NCBI RefSeq assembly: GCF_036588685.1 | Contig: NC_086385.1 | Coordinates: 28,233,216 to 28,297,215, forward strand | Length of the DNA: 64,000 nt | Origin: Mytilus trossulus | Taxonomy: Eukaryota | Reading direction: 5' to 3' | Part shown: in pieces, positions 1 through 13,339 of the stretch | Position numbering within the stretch: the stretch's first letter is position 1 | Layout: each line of letters opens with the position of its first letter | Program-made: the position numbers and the translations under genes | Notes under the pieces: generated by a model | Databases searched by the model: none | What the model was told of the DNA's origin: nothing | Seen by the model: only the letters and a program-made list of their open reading frames with translations

Positions 1-962
1 TAAATTGTGTATATTGCTGTGAATATTTATTTTCTGACCCGGCAACCTGTATATATCACTTAAATTAAAGTTAAAATAGACATTTTTTTCAAAATTCCCT
101 ATCCTTTCAATATAATTTCCGTGACCCGTATCCAATTTCATTAGTGTAATATTCAAATGAGCAAAGTGGCGTTGATTTCTGGATATGAATACGCGGGTTC
201 TTCAGTGTGCACCACATGTTTGATGTTATTTCTTCGAAGACAGAACAAAAATATTACAGTCATTCCTTAAGTGTTTTCTTTTAATGTCATGCTTGTAAAC
301 GGATTGCGAAGAAACTTCATTTTTTATATGGTTGTCAATTCCCTTCTTAATTAAACAGTTGTCACTTCGTCCTCTTTCAACCGGAAAGGAATTTCTTTCC
401 AAAGAGGCAATCCGTTTAAAAATACAGGATGTCTTAATATGCAGCTACAGCTAGTAAATGCTATTTTTTGGATTTTACTTTTTACCAAACTTCACAGAAA
501 ATTAAAATCGGAAGTTCCTTTTCAAACCGAAAACTGCTTTGTAGCTAGCTGAACCTCGAACTTGCATTGCAATTGATTTAAATTCTATTATATTGACAAC
601 AATGTATAAAAAGGAACAAACATACATGTGCATAACAGGTAAAAATGTCAACAATAGGGGTTCAACAGTCAACATCGCGTTGCGCGTTGCAATCTTTTTC
701 GCTATAAAAACAAACAAATATATCAACGAAAATTGACACAAAGCCAAAGACATTACCAACAATAAAAGACAAAAATCTAAAAATTTCTACAGCACCACGA
801 CACATTGGCGATAAGCATACGTATTGATCAGCGTCAAAGGGACATTACAAAAAAGACTCAACAGTAAACCTAAGGTAAATAATTTACCAAAAAACAAAGA
901 AAATAACATTTTAATATGCAATAAACCCGTCAGTTCCTATATATTCAAGACAATATTAGCTA

Positions 963-1404
963 ATATTACGGATTACAAATGTGTCGCGGTTTGTGATTGG
1001 ATAACAACACAGAGATGTCTGTATATATTCAGGAAACTTCCGGGGTATATACGACGTTTTTATCGCCAATTGGAACCTCAAAAACGTCATCTTAACACCA
1101 GTTACTATGTGACGTAGTCAAAAGCTATCAGACTGTTAGAGGCTCATAGAGGGAAAATAATTACGTGCTTAAGTCAATAATACATTTTTGATACAAAATC
1201 ACGCAATTTACACTTTTAATACTTAAATTCAAAGTTAAAAGTGGTATTATAAATTACTACATACACAATAAAATTATGTTCACAGCAAATTAGAAAATCC
1301 TTCACGTATGCCGAACATACCAGGTTGGGTTTTTCAATAAATATGTGTTGTCAACAAATACCTGCACCAGAAAATAAAATAAAGTCAGGGGTAATCCGTA
1401 ATAT
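963..1404. mobile_element. Putative MITE bounded by a 14-bp inverted repeat
   Basis: ATATTACGGATTAC (963-976) is the exact reverse complement of GTAATCCGTAATAT (1391-1404); non-coding interior. Confidence 0.4.
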
Positions 1405-1553
1405 ATGTGTAATTCAGGTCTCAGAAAGGGTATATACTGTGACATTCCCTGCTTAGGGCTTATATCCACTTCGCCTTCGGCTCAGGGGATATAAACTCTA
1501 AGCCAGGAATGTCACAGTATATACCCTGTCTGAGACCTGATTAACATATATTA
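1399..1553. mobile_element. Hairpin (palindromic) MITE, about 155 bp
   Basis: Arms taatatatgt..tcaggtctcaga.agggtatatactgtgacattcc and ggaatgtcacagtatataccct.tctgagacctga..acatatatta around a central cgccttcggc loop. Confidence 0.7.
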
Positions 1554-1556
1554 TTC

Positions 1557-2089
1557 GAGTGTTTCTTTGTCAATTATGTTCTCCTATTTATTTATATTGT
1601 AGTCCTGTTATGTTGTGTTGTCATTTTCATGTTATATTTCAAATGGTCATAAAAGAGGGAGGTTTGGCATGCCACAAAACCAGGTTTAACCCACCATTGT
1701 ATTCTTTAACAATGTCCTGTACCAAGTCAGGAATATGGCCATTGTTATATTACAGTTCGTTGTGTGTTACATTTTAATGTTGCGTTTCCGTTGTGTCGTT
1801 TGTTTTCTCTATTTTTTCAGTGTGAATTCACATTACTATAAGACGTGTCACGGAACTTATCTATCCCAAATTCATGTAAGTCGTTTTTTTTGTTATATTT
1901 GTAATTCTCGTAGGATTTTGTCTAATGCTTAGTCCGTTTTTGTGTGTGTCACATTTTAATGTTGTGTCGTTGTTCTCCTCTTATACTTGATGCGTTTTGC
2001 ACAATTTTAGTTTGTTACCCCGATTTTGTTTTTGTCAATGTACAGTATTTATGAATTTTGAACAGCGGTATACTACTGTTGCCTTTATT
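1557..2089 (-). repeat. Dispersed non-coding repeat typical of mussel genomes
   Basis: Contains ggtttaacccaccatt..cctgtaccaagtcagga, also seen at 38180, 46060 and 49590; ends in aacagcggtatactactgttgcctttatt. Family identity is from recall. Confidence 0.5.
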
Positions 2090-2499
2090 AATCATAAGAT
2101 GAGAGGGGAATTAACTACAAATTTTAAGATGTCAGCATATTTATAGTGAATCATGTACGAATACCAATGATACAATCTATTTATTATTTTGACAAATTTG
2201 TGCTAAAGAAATCCCAGATTTTATAATGTTCGTGTAATACGTAGATCATGTAAATGTCTTTCGTTAAAATTAATATGTTGTTGCATACACTAGTGCATTG
2301 ATCAAAATGAAATATATGAACATCATACGATTGTGCCAATGAAACGTCACTATTTCAAAAATAGATAATAGACGAAAAATGCATCTCTTTTATCATGAAA
2401 CTTCTTCTTCAACGATACAGATATCAAGACAAAGAAATGGGCAGTATTCAATATTGGTGGTGGTTTTATTTAAAGTCTGTTCAACATGTTCAATGGAAT

Positions 2500-2730
2500 G
2501 AATTTCTTATGTATACAAACCGATGTCGTCATTACTAGGAGCAAATATATCATCCTGATATCTAACTTTTTTGTATTAAATGTTGTTTCGCTAGAACTTT
2601 GTTGATTTTAGTAATATATTGTAACTTTAAACTGTACAGAAATGGGTCCATAATAAGTGGCTCATAGTAAGTCCCTATTGGAATTCCGATAACTGGATTC
2701 GATACGGTATATCCGTAGAAAACAAAAGAT
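2500..2730 (-). pseudogene. Penelope-like element reverse transcriptase remnant
   Basis: Minus-strand VIGIPIGTYYEPLIMDPFLYS matches the PLE motif GIPMGTNCAPLIADLFLY; after a frameshift RYQDDIF matches YxDD. Confidence 0.75.
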
Positions 2731-3785
2731 GTTATGATTTGTCTGTGTTGATTCCAATCTACATGTATGTGCAAATCAACAGGGGTTAAAAAAAGGGGTA
2801 TTTTGACAAATTATGATTATTATAAAGAATCTCCAATTGGTCATTCTAATATCTCTTGTCTTTGTTAAAGAAAATCAAAACGAGTATTACGTATGTAATT
2901 TGTTTGCTTTGAAATAGATTAGATGAAAAATGCATTGAGTATACAGGGAAAAACCATGCATATGTAGTATTGTAATGATTGGACAATACAAGGCCTTTTA
3001 ATTTGCTGATTAAACATCAAGATCTTCCGGCTGGAGTAAATAATGCGATTGAAGAGCAACTGTACATGTCTTTCAATTACTTTATTATACTATCAAAGAT
3101 AATAATGTTATATTTTATTGCGCAATTGCTCTTCAAAGATATGCACTTCTTCCGTACTAAGCAATGGAGATTCTACTTTCATTGATGATCACATTATTTT
3201 ACATGCTCTTTGTCCCTTAAGCAATTCAAGCTTTGTTTATGGTATATTTATTCAGTATCATTAAGTAAAAACAAACAAAGTTAAATTTTAACTACATGTA
3301 TTTAACAGGGTAATATGTTTCCTATTTCAAAATTGATATTTTCCTACACGTCAGTTATATATTTAGCTTTGTGCGTAAAACGTATGATTATTTTATCTTT
3401 TGATAATAAGATAATAAGATTTATACAAAACCTTATCATGCAACTGTTTGAGCCAATGTAAAAACAGGATTTGTAACCGCTCGACACTGTCCGTCTGTTC
3501 GTCCGTTCGTTCAAATTTCGTTGCAATGAAGCTTTCGTCAAAGTTTTTTTGGCTTCTACGAAAGGGAATATTTTTTTTTAAGTAAGTAAGCATTTTAACA
3601 TCCGCCATATAGCAACTTTCTGTTTGCCGATACTTACAAATTATTTCTCAACACTCCCTTAGGAACGTCTTACTTATTTTTCCTCTTTTGATACTTAGTA
3701 TTCATATTCATTTAATTTATCTGCAACTACTATATTAGAGTAAGTTTACTTTAGCCCTTGTGTGTTTGTAATACTCAGCAACATC

Positions 3786-3886
3786 AATGCAATGCAATGC
3801 AATACACTACACCACACAACAGTTACACTTCACTACTAGAATGCACAATACCACACTGTACTACACTGCACTACACTACACTACAT
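3786..3886. repeat. Compound pentanucleotide microsatellite (AATGC)n/(ACACT)n
   Basis: aatgcaatgcaatgc followed by degenerate acact/acacc units. Confidence 0.8.
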
Positions 3887-4509
3887 CATCTCAACGAGAT
3901 TGATTTTCTGGCTTGAACCGGTACGATGATAATCTGTTAATCACATTTTACCTATGACGAAGTTGTCTATTTCATTGATAATTCAACGGGCCCCCCAGTT
4001 TCTAGCGATAAGTTTTCATTTCACTCGACTGTGCTGATAAAAGATATTAGCAGTCAGCAAGATCAAAGGAAAATTTCGAAAAATAGCGATAAACAAGTAT
4101 ACATTAAATTTATAATAGAACTGTATATGATAAATTTGTATGTAAAATAAAACAGCAATATTGATTCCACATGGAATACAACATTTCATATATTAAGAAG
4201 GGGCAGCACTTCAGTGAATTATTCATGAGGGGTTCTTTTGTCCTGGACAGTTGCGTTAACAGTTTATGAATAATTTAAATGTAATATGTATATGTGTTGC
4301 TTCAAGCCAAATTATATGATTTGATTAAAAATGTTCTTAAATTTGTCTTCTTCTAATTATTACTACCATGATCTCGTAATGTAATCAACCGTGAGCACTG
4401 CACTAAAAAATAGCTTTCATCTTCAAGTTAGACAACAGACATTTAACACAAACTACATGTTCTTTCATTATTTAACAATCTTTAATTATCAGCACCACAA
4501 GCTTAGTTT

Positions 4510-4854
4510 AAACATATTTATTTATAGTGGATTGGGAAACAAGTTTTACAACTTATATTAATCCCTTTCCACTTTGCGGGTGCGAGTGCTGCCTTGTAGC
4601 GGCATTAGCCTACTCTTTTTCGAAATCTACAAGGGTGTCTTTAACGTGCAAGAGATATGGCTCTCTCTTAACACGGGTCACCCATTTATCGTCCCCGTCC
4701 GATGGACTATCATCGTTTCCTCAAGACCATACTCGCAAATGGTGTCAAGGGAGAGCCGAAAATTGAGTTCCTGAAATTTTCATCCCAAACGGGAATCGAA
4801 CCAGGAACCTTTGTGTTAGTAGTCCGATGCGCTAACCACTACACCACGGCTCTC
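4510..4854 (-). mobile_element. tRNA-derived SINE with Nin/Deu-domain-like body
   Basis: Minus strand: A box gtggtgtagtggtt, B box ggttcgattccc, body containing gcacgttaaagacaccc, AT-rich tail tataaataaa. Confidence 0.8.
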
Positions 4855-7800
4855 AACGTGGTTACAATGTACAACTTAGGACAACGTGTCGTCAGTCGCT
4901 AAAGAAGCCTGTCTTCATGCCAACAATTATAATAATGCAGATGTATTTAGAAACTTACAGATTTTTATTCATCTGCGTTATTTTGCGACAAAATTTTCAT
5001 TGATATTTGATAAAAAATTAACAGGTAATCTTGTACTTCTTTTCTATACGTCGATCCCATTATTGTACATTTCAACAATGGTATATACATTTTTTCCTAG
5101 TTGAATAAAAAAACATTTTGAGACGTGCTTTTCGGTTAAGTTGATTTAAACAAGATTAACCAGATGACACTCTTCAAAAACCATAGGGTACGTGAAGTGG
5201 AAATTAAAGGCTGTTTAAAATAGATCTTATCAATGCAGATTTCATTTTACAGTCCGAAAAAGTGACTGTTAGAAATGAGGCATTAAAGTGAGATCAATTG
5301 AAACGTTAATGTACGTTTTAGTTTTGTGGAAAAAGAGGATTATAAGAAATGAGAATCATTGACAAAAAATAAAAAAAAGAATGAAAGGTAAGTTTTCCCT
5401 AAAATGTTAAATATTGTAAAAACTATGAACCTGTAAGGTATATAGCCTTTTCAAAACCAAGACATATTTTTTTCAAACAAAAAAAAAAGATTAAATTAGC
5501 TTGATAAAATAAAAATAAAAAAATACATTTCTATTTGATATTTTTTTTAATTATCAAAAAAAAGTTGACATCAGTGTTAAACGTAGACATATTAGTATAC
5601 AATACACAACTTAATTTTGCTTCGTTTTTTTAATTATATACTAAAACAGACTTTAACAATTTTTAAAGTAATCTCTCGCAGAGAACAATCGTATAAAAAG
5701 AGGATGAAAATAGCAAATAAACCTTCGAAACTCATAAGCCGAAAACAGAAGAAAATCATCATTATAAAGACACAAAAAAAGAAGAAGAAAAAACAACAGC
5801 CTTCAAAACATTGCACAAGAATTAACGACCGGGTATCCGTCATATTTATGCATCAATTGTCTGCGTCCTATTGCAAAAATATCCAATTTATCTAAAAAAA
5901 AAAAAAAAAAAAAAAAAAGTGCATTAGTTGTTTGGGGGGTAAATAATGGATAAAAAGTAATTATAAATTATGATTGAACTGAAACTTCACTGTTTTGTTG
6001 GTTTTGGGTTCATTTATGTTTTTATTTTGCAATTTTTTCCATTTTTTCAATACTTTTATTTAGTATTTCATAATTATACGTTTAAATTAAGTATGACCAT
6101 ATATTAAAGCTAACATAGAAACCACGGAATTCATCAGGGAAGTTTCTTAATTTGATAAGCTGGGAGGCGGAGTTTATTTGATTTTCTAAAATGTAGTAAC
6201 ACATGTCTTGATAACAAAATGTTTGATCTTGACTAGCACAATCCACAAAATGTCATTTATTTTATCTTGTGTTAAAAACAGTTTGTATCTGCTTAATATT
6301 TTAATCCGCCGGTTACTCTCTACATACAAAAGCTCATTGTCCTCTTAAATCAACAAATGCGCATATTCCTTTTTATAACATTGATTAATCATATATGTTG
6401 TTCTGTTAAACAGTTGGAACAACTGCATTGTGTGTTTCTGTTTTTCTTGACCATTATATAATTATATAGATATCAGAAGATGTGGTATGAGAGCCAATGA
6501 GACAACTCGCCATCAAGTCACAATTTGTAAAATGTAAACAATTGCATGTACTACACTGTACATATTTAAACCTTGAACACTTAATGTTCAATACTTAAAC
6601 GTCATGAGTTCATGCTTACAGACGTGTTCAAAATTTTAACGTTTGTGTTCATAAAATTGACACCTGTGTTCAGACGCAGTGAACGGTGTTGAAGATCTGT
6701 AATAAAAATGAAGATAGTCGTTTGTCCGATTTTCTATCATTTCAATTGGCAATTCAAAAAGATGTTTTTATAATATATGAATGTATACGCAGGATGTTGA
6801 TCTTGTGAATTTTTGATTGATATTTGATTAAAAATTATTTTGAATTAATTGTAGATTAAAATAATTCAAGAAATATTTTGAGGAATAAAACCGGCCGCAT
6901 ATGGCAAGGGTTTTGCTCATTGTTGAAGGTTGTACGGGTACCTTTAGATGCAAGTTCCAACTTTGTTTGTACAGCTGAGTTGTCTCATAGACGATCATTC
7001 TACAACTCCTAAATACTAAATAATTCAAGAAATCGTATGTGGAATCAAATCGGCCGCAGGGAAAAAACAGTAAACGAGGTCTGGCAAGACGATAAAAACC
7101 GCCGGCAATTTTAATTTAATATTGGCAAGAAGGTGTTCTTCTGGTAATAGAGGTAACAAAAGTTCCTCTAAGAAAATAAGAGTGAACGAGGAACACGACC
7201 TCACACTGACGCTAGGCCATAATTTGAATAACGCTTCCTCGGTACTCGGAGGATAAAATTCAAAACTGGTAACAGCGATGAACCGGCCGCTCTGGTTAAC
7301 TTGAGAAATCCATTAATAAATAACACAACTTCATGTGGTATCACAGTAGAATATTGTAACATATGGTCTAACGTAGAATTTTAGGGTCACCACCCCCTGT
7401 CATCTTGCCAGATCCCATCAAATGAGAAGGCCTATTAACTGTCATCCCTCATCAATTAGGAAATACTCGACGGTCCGAACTTGCAAACGACTCTAAAGCT
7501 CCCTGAACATTATTTAAGAAAACATCATTACCTGTATCTGCACTCCGTCATGTCTGAATTAATCTCTTTCTTGAACTTTTACATTTGGATGGCAAATTGC
7601 AATGCCATGATTTAATTCTTCTTTGAATATACTGCGAGCAGCTGCATTAACTCGTTTACGAGTCGAATTGATAGCCACTTGATTTTCTGCCGAGTGCCAG
7701 TATCTTCAAGGCAAAATTTCACTCGACACCAAGGAGAGATTTTGCAATAACACATGTAATCGCATAATGTCCAACCTTATCTGCTCAATAATCTCTTTTC

Positions 7801-8019
7801 TTTTGTTAAAACCCAAATCGTAAGAACCCAAAATGGAGGATCAAAAGGTATGGAGGTGGATAACATCCATTATATACTTATATGAAGTTATTTTCTTTCA
7901 GATCGATAGGTCATTATTTTTCAGGATCAACCCGGACGATAACATTTTTTCAATACAATGTGCTCCATTGTATAACAAAAATGTACGGAACGCCAACACT
8001 GTCTTATTATGCCCATTTT

Positions 8020-8424
8020 TCATTATATGTTGTGCATTTACCTTTATATGATGTGCATTTACCTTTATATGATGTACATTTACCTTTATATGATGTCCAT
8101 TTAATTATCTGATGTGCACTTGCCATCATATGATGTGCAAACACCTTTATATGATGTGCAAACATCCTTATATGGTGTACAAACATCCTTATATGATGTG
8201 CAAACATCATTATATGATGTGCAAACATCATTATATGATGTGCAAACATCATTATATGATGTGCAAACATACTTATATGATATGCAAATGTACTTATATG
8301 ATGTGCAAACATTCTTATATGATGTGAAATTATACTTATATTATGTCGAAAGATCCTTATATGATATGCAAATATACTTATATGATGTGTACATATCATT
8401 ATACGATGTGCAGTTTCCCTTATA
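8020..8424 (+). repeat. 21-bp tandem array in the left arm of A (resumes at 9618-9740)
   Basis: Unit about ATGATGTGCAAACATCATTAT; source of the heptad pseudo-ORFs in the track. Confidence 0.95.
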
Positions 8425-9617
8425 TACTGAGTGCCAATGAAAATGCAACACTTGGTTTTTCAAAAATAAAATTTATATTAGAAATGATAATCTTTCAAAA
8501 TGAATTGTTCTTGAAATTTAACAATTCTAACAATAGATCGATATCAAACAAAAATGTGTCATTGTCATCTTTCAGACGCTATAGGTACACGAAATATCCA
8601 ATGTCGAATCATCAACTCACAGTCCTAACAAAACATGTTACAACCCTGCTGTGCAGAGCAATTTCGACAGCGCCGTGGATCTTATCATCCCGGATGTTTA
8701 ATGTGATCTCGGGGAATGTTGTTCCACTTTTCCCGCATATCAAACTCAAGCTGACTTTATGATATTAGTGGTGGTTTTCGTCTAAACCATGTCCAATCTG
8801 ATGCAAAATTCGCTCGATCGGACCAAAATCGGGCGAAACACACGACTTTTGGCCACGATGGGTGCCAAATGTCTATGTAACCACCACTGACGGAATTTGG
8901 TGCACAATGAATGATTTTTGGTCTACAGAATTCGATATTTACGCCTTACGGCCGTTTAGATGTCACTGAGGAAAGACTTAGTGCTCTTTAACAATTTCTG
9001 CGCAAATGGTGCTTTACTGAAATTGCTCAAAAGGATCTACCGTGACCACCATTGAACTCTCGTGACCTTTGTACAGCCATCAGAGTCAATATCGAATATA
9101 TTTAAGACCAAATGTATTGGTCTGGTTGAGCGTTTCTTGCTTTTTGTACCCCGGGATGTCGCGTATCATTAAATTGAATTTGTGGATGATTTGGGTTATG
9201 GAAGAGGCTCCAACTTCAGTCTTCTCGTAATTGTATGCAGTGAAAGGCTTCATTGGATCATGCCCAAAACTGCATGTCGCTGGTTGTCAGAAAGTCCTGG
9301 CTTTACTCAGATGTTTATTGCAGTTTCCTAACAATAAGGGCGGGAAAATTCATGACATTAGCCAAGCTTTAAATGACAAAATCGTGAAAATGGTGCGTAC
9401 AATGTAAACTATGTTGAAAAGCAGTGAACTCTGTTTATGTCCGTTCAAAATAATCCTTACTTCGCATTTGTTCCAAAAATCACTCAACCGTAAATTTGTG
9501 GTCAATTGTCTTAAAAGTCATTTAAACCAACTATACAAAGTTCTAATATAAATAAAATAAAAATTATAACATTTTTTTTGAAAAATAAAAGTGTTGCGTT
9601 TTCATTGGCAATCAGTT
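8425..9617 (-). mobile_element. Decayed Tc1/mariner transposon inserted in the A array
   Basis: About 45-bp TIRs (tACTGAGTGCCAATGAAAATGCAACACTT and AAGTGTTGCGTTTTCATTGGCAATCAGT); minus-strand WP..SPDFGPIERILHQIG (~8790-8855) and IRS.RRCRNC resemble the Tc1 WPxxSPDLNPIE and C-terminal motifs; TA site. Confidence 0.85.
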
Positions 9618-11196
9618 CATTATGTGCAAACATCTTTATATGATGTGTTTTTGTCATTATATTATGTGCTTGTAATCTTATATTATGGGGTTTTATTTAC
9701 TTCATTATATGATGTCGAAACGTCATTATATAATGTGCTTTCATCGTCGTTATGGTCAATGAAAATGATTAGGATTAGAATGATTACCGTGTCTACGTCA
9801 TAACTGATACCGATCTGCTTCTGCGGAGTAACCGTTACTACTAATTAGGATCAAATCTGTAGCTACCGTTAGGAAAATGGTTGAGACATTGGCATGTTAG
9901 TACCTCGTTTTAAGATGCAAAAATTATCACATCTAATATTGTTGGAAAATTGTAAAAAATATATATTAGTTGTTATTTATTTTTTATTTTTTATCTTTTT
10001 GTTTGTTTGATATCTTATGTATTTGAAGATTTTTTTCGTCAAATAATCGATCACAGATATCATTTGTTTCAAAACGTTTAACGATATCCTGAAATTCATT
10101 ACATGACGTCACAAAGTACTTCGGTTTTTAAATATTCTAAAAATAACCGTGCAATATGCTCTAAGCAATATGCTTTTTGCTATCCGCCGTTTTCTTTCTA
10201 CCTTCGAAAATATAGTTTAACATGTGACTATCCCTAAACGAATCAAATTTGTTAAAATATATGAATTAATAACATTAATAAATATACGGAGTCTACAATA
10301 CGGTTAAGGTTATTAGATTTAAGGAATAATTCTTTTATGTCATGCTCTATGATCGTTTTAACGAGGGAAGGCATTATATTTGTCAATTTCGGTATACCTA
10401 ACGTTAGCATTTTTTCTATAAGAAGTTAATACACGAATTTCAGCATTTTCATTTATGTTAATATTGCCTTGCTGATCATTTTAGTGTTCAAGTTTCTCTT
10501 TATATATTCTCAAGATAGACACACACAATTGGGAATAAATCGGACTCTGATAGCGGAATGGCTCACATAAGGAACCGGTCAGTTGTAACTCCCCCCCCCC
10601 CCCCCCCCCCCCCCCAAAAGGAATAGAAAGAAATAAAGGGGCCTTTATTTTATTATTTTTGGAATGGAAAAGTGGCATTCAATTTTTATAGTTATAAATT
10701 AGCCGCGGTATAATGTTATGGCAAATTCTTCGTCAACCGTAGACATCAAATTTACGTATCGTTCCACTCACCTGAATTGTTAAAACCTGAAAATTTAGTT
10801 TCAAAAATTTCTTCTAGCAGTGAATTTTTCATCTGATGCTATTATTGAATGAAGGTGTGGTAAATGTTAATGAAACAACAAACGGCAAATCCGAACTAAG
10901 TTCCCTGAAGTCGCAAACAACTTTCATACTTCAGTACTTTGATTATATATGTTCTCGTCTATACCTTGCAATAATAGCCAATAAAACAACAAAACTCTGA
11001 AAAGCCAAAAAGTAACTTTACTATAGAGTATATTCAGACACATTGCATTTTTTTTAATCTATTATGTTTCCAGGATAAACGCAAAATATTAAAAGCCGCT
11101 GCCGCAAATCTTCACTTTGAAAAATTCAAAACACCACTTTCTATCTGTAAGAGAACAACAGGTCTCAGTAAAAAATAGATAAATGCAGTGTTTTAA

Positions 11197-11860
11197 TAGA
11201 TATAGGAAGATGTGGTGTGAGTGAATTTAAAAAGTAAACCATTATAGGTTAAAGTACGGCCTTCAACACGGAGCCTTGGCTCACACCGAACAACAAGCTA
11301 TAAAGGGCCCCACAATTACTAGTGTAAAACCATTCAAACGGGAAAACCAACGGTCTAATCTATATAAACAAAACGAGAAACGAGAAACACGTATATATTA
11401 CATAAACAAACGACAACTACTGTACATCAGATTCCTGACTTAGGACAGGTGCAAACATTTGCAGCGGGATCAAACGTATTTAATTGATCCAAACCTTTCC
11501 CCTTTTTTCTGAAACAATAGCATAACATCACAACATAGAAAAACATACGATAAAATATCAACTGGCAGACTTAACTCAATCAAAAAACGTATGATTACAC
11601 AATGAACGAATATATTTGATCTGCAATATCTGAATACGAATGCACAGCTAATTAAATATTAGAGACAAACATTCATGACCAAAAAGCTAACAAACAAATT
11701 CAAACACAGGACATCACTGAGTAATATTTAACCAATCAATGTTCACTTTAGAAAAAAACCGTTTTTTTATAATCTTGAAGTTTATACAAATGTTGTAAGA
11801 ATAAGCGAAAAATTGAAGATATTACAAATAATCATAGCTGGTGTACAGGCAAATACAAAT
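11197..11860 (+). repeat. Abundant dispersed repeat (agatgtggtatga...tacggccttcaac family)
   Basis: The same head recurs at 6470, 17470 and 22410, and inverted at 12850-12975, 21870-21960 and 39140-39390. Confidence 0.7.
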
Positions 11861-12359
11861 ATAAATAATTTGAAGGCTGAAATTTCATTGACTGATATAA
11901 AATATACAAGGACAGAAAGTAGAATGACGTGTTGTCAGATCCTTGTATCCACAGCTTAAACAGATGATCTGTACATTATATGTTTATAAATAAAAGTGTT
12001 AGAAACCGACTCTAGTGTGAGGGAAGGAGGACGTGTATTTCCTTGTTCTGAATTAATTTTTGAAAAAACTGGTTTATTGTTTTTTTTTTAAGTTTCATCA
12101 TTGTTTTATTTTTTCCTCATTTTAAATGGAAACAAACTATTTCGCCTCCCTTCTGAAATAGATAAAATCTCTTTAAATTTAGAATCAAACAGTTACAAAA
12201 CAACTTGCCCTCCCCCCCCCCCACCCCCCCCCCCCCCCCACCCCCACACTCACATAAAAATATCGATGGTCGGTACGAATGCCCTGTTTAATTGAGTCTA
12301 GAGGTCTATACAAGTATATGAGCGGCTTCCCACGAAACCTTTTATACTGCATGTCTAGT

Positions 12360-12690
12360 GTGGTGGTACTTTCGTCCTAGCATGTTCGCCTTGAGTGAGG
12401 GAGGTCGTGGGTTTGAACCCCAGCCGGGTAAAAACCAAAGACTTTAAAATTTATATGTATATGCTGCTTCCCATCTAATTATATAAGCACGCGGGATTAA
12501 GGATTAAGAGCAAAAGCTGGTCGGCTCGGAATCAGTAAAATGTGTCCGGGTAAGGTGATTTAAATGTCTTCCTTCGAAATGCTACCTTTTGAACTAGCAT
12601 GTTAAAAAATCTGGCTCAGGGTGTCGGTCTAATACAAAATAGGGTTAATATTCATATCACATTAACATGTTCTTGTACGAATATGCATAT
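12360..12690 (+). mobile_element. tRNA-derived SINE, Meta-domain-like
   Basis: B-box-like gggtttgaacccc, then aaccaaagactttaaaatt..tgctgcttc..aagagcaaaagctggtcggctcggaatcag, matching the MetaSINE body as I recall it. Confidence 0.65.
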
Positions 12691-12994
12691 ATCAATTTGC
12701 CGTTGTACGTCAAGAATTTACCCATAATCATCTATAGTTGAAACTGTGAAATATATGCACGCAAATGTAATGCACCGAGTTCAGGTTCATTCCATATCTC
12801 CTTTAATCTATTTCGGGTGAAGTGATGGGCGTTCGGTGTTCGAGTATTTGGGCCTTTTATAGCTGAATATGCGGTATGGGCTTTGATGTTGAAGGCCGTA
12901 CGGTGACATATAGTTGTTAACTTCTGTGTCATTTTGACATCTTGTGGAGAGTTGTCTCTTTAGCAGTCATACCATAAGTAGTATAACTGCTGTA

Positions 12995-13208
12995 TCACTA
13001 GCATGTTAACACTAAGGTGTGCGATTTCAAATCCCGTACGTGTAAGGTAAGCTCGACTCCAATCATAATTGACCAAAATTGTCTGTTTTCTAAACGAAGG
13101 TCAGGGGGTCTCTCCAGGCACTTCGGCTTTCTCCACCAATATAAACTCACCGCCACAAAACAGCATGAAAGTGTTGAAAGTGGCGCTAAATAACAGTCAA
13201 TCAATCAT
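12995..13208 (+). mobile_element. SINE, V-domain-like, with (TCAA)n tail
   Basis: Degenerate B box, core ggtctctccaggcacttcggctttctccacca, then gtgttgaaagtggcgctaaa and a tcaatcaatca tail. Confidence 0.6.
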
Positions 13209-13339
13209 CCACACCGGTATACTTATGGCCTCTAAATCTATATATTTAGTCTCCCAAAGTCAATGTATGACATCAGTATACAAAGATAAAAAATAATAAC
13301 TATTTACACTATAATATACAAAACAAGAGAAAGAGGTTT

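Noticed and set aside
4780-4854. tRNA gene on the minus strand
   Set aside because: A and B boxes are present, but there is no closing acceptor stem and it runs into a SINE body and tail.
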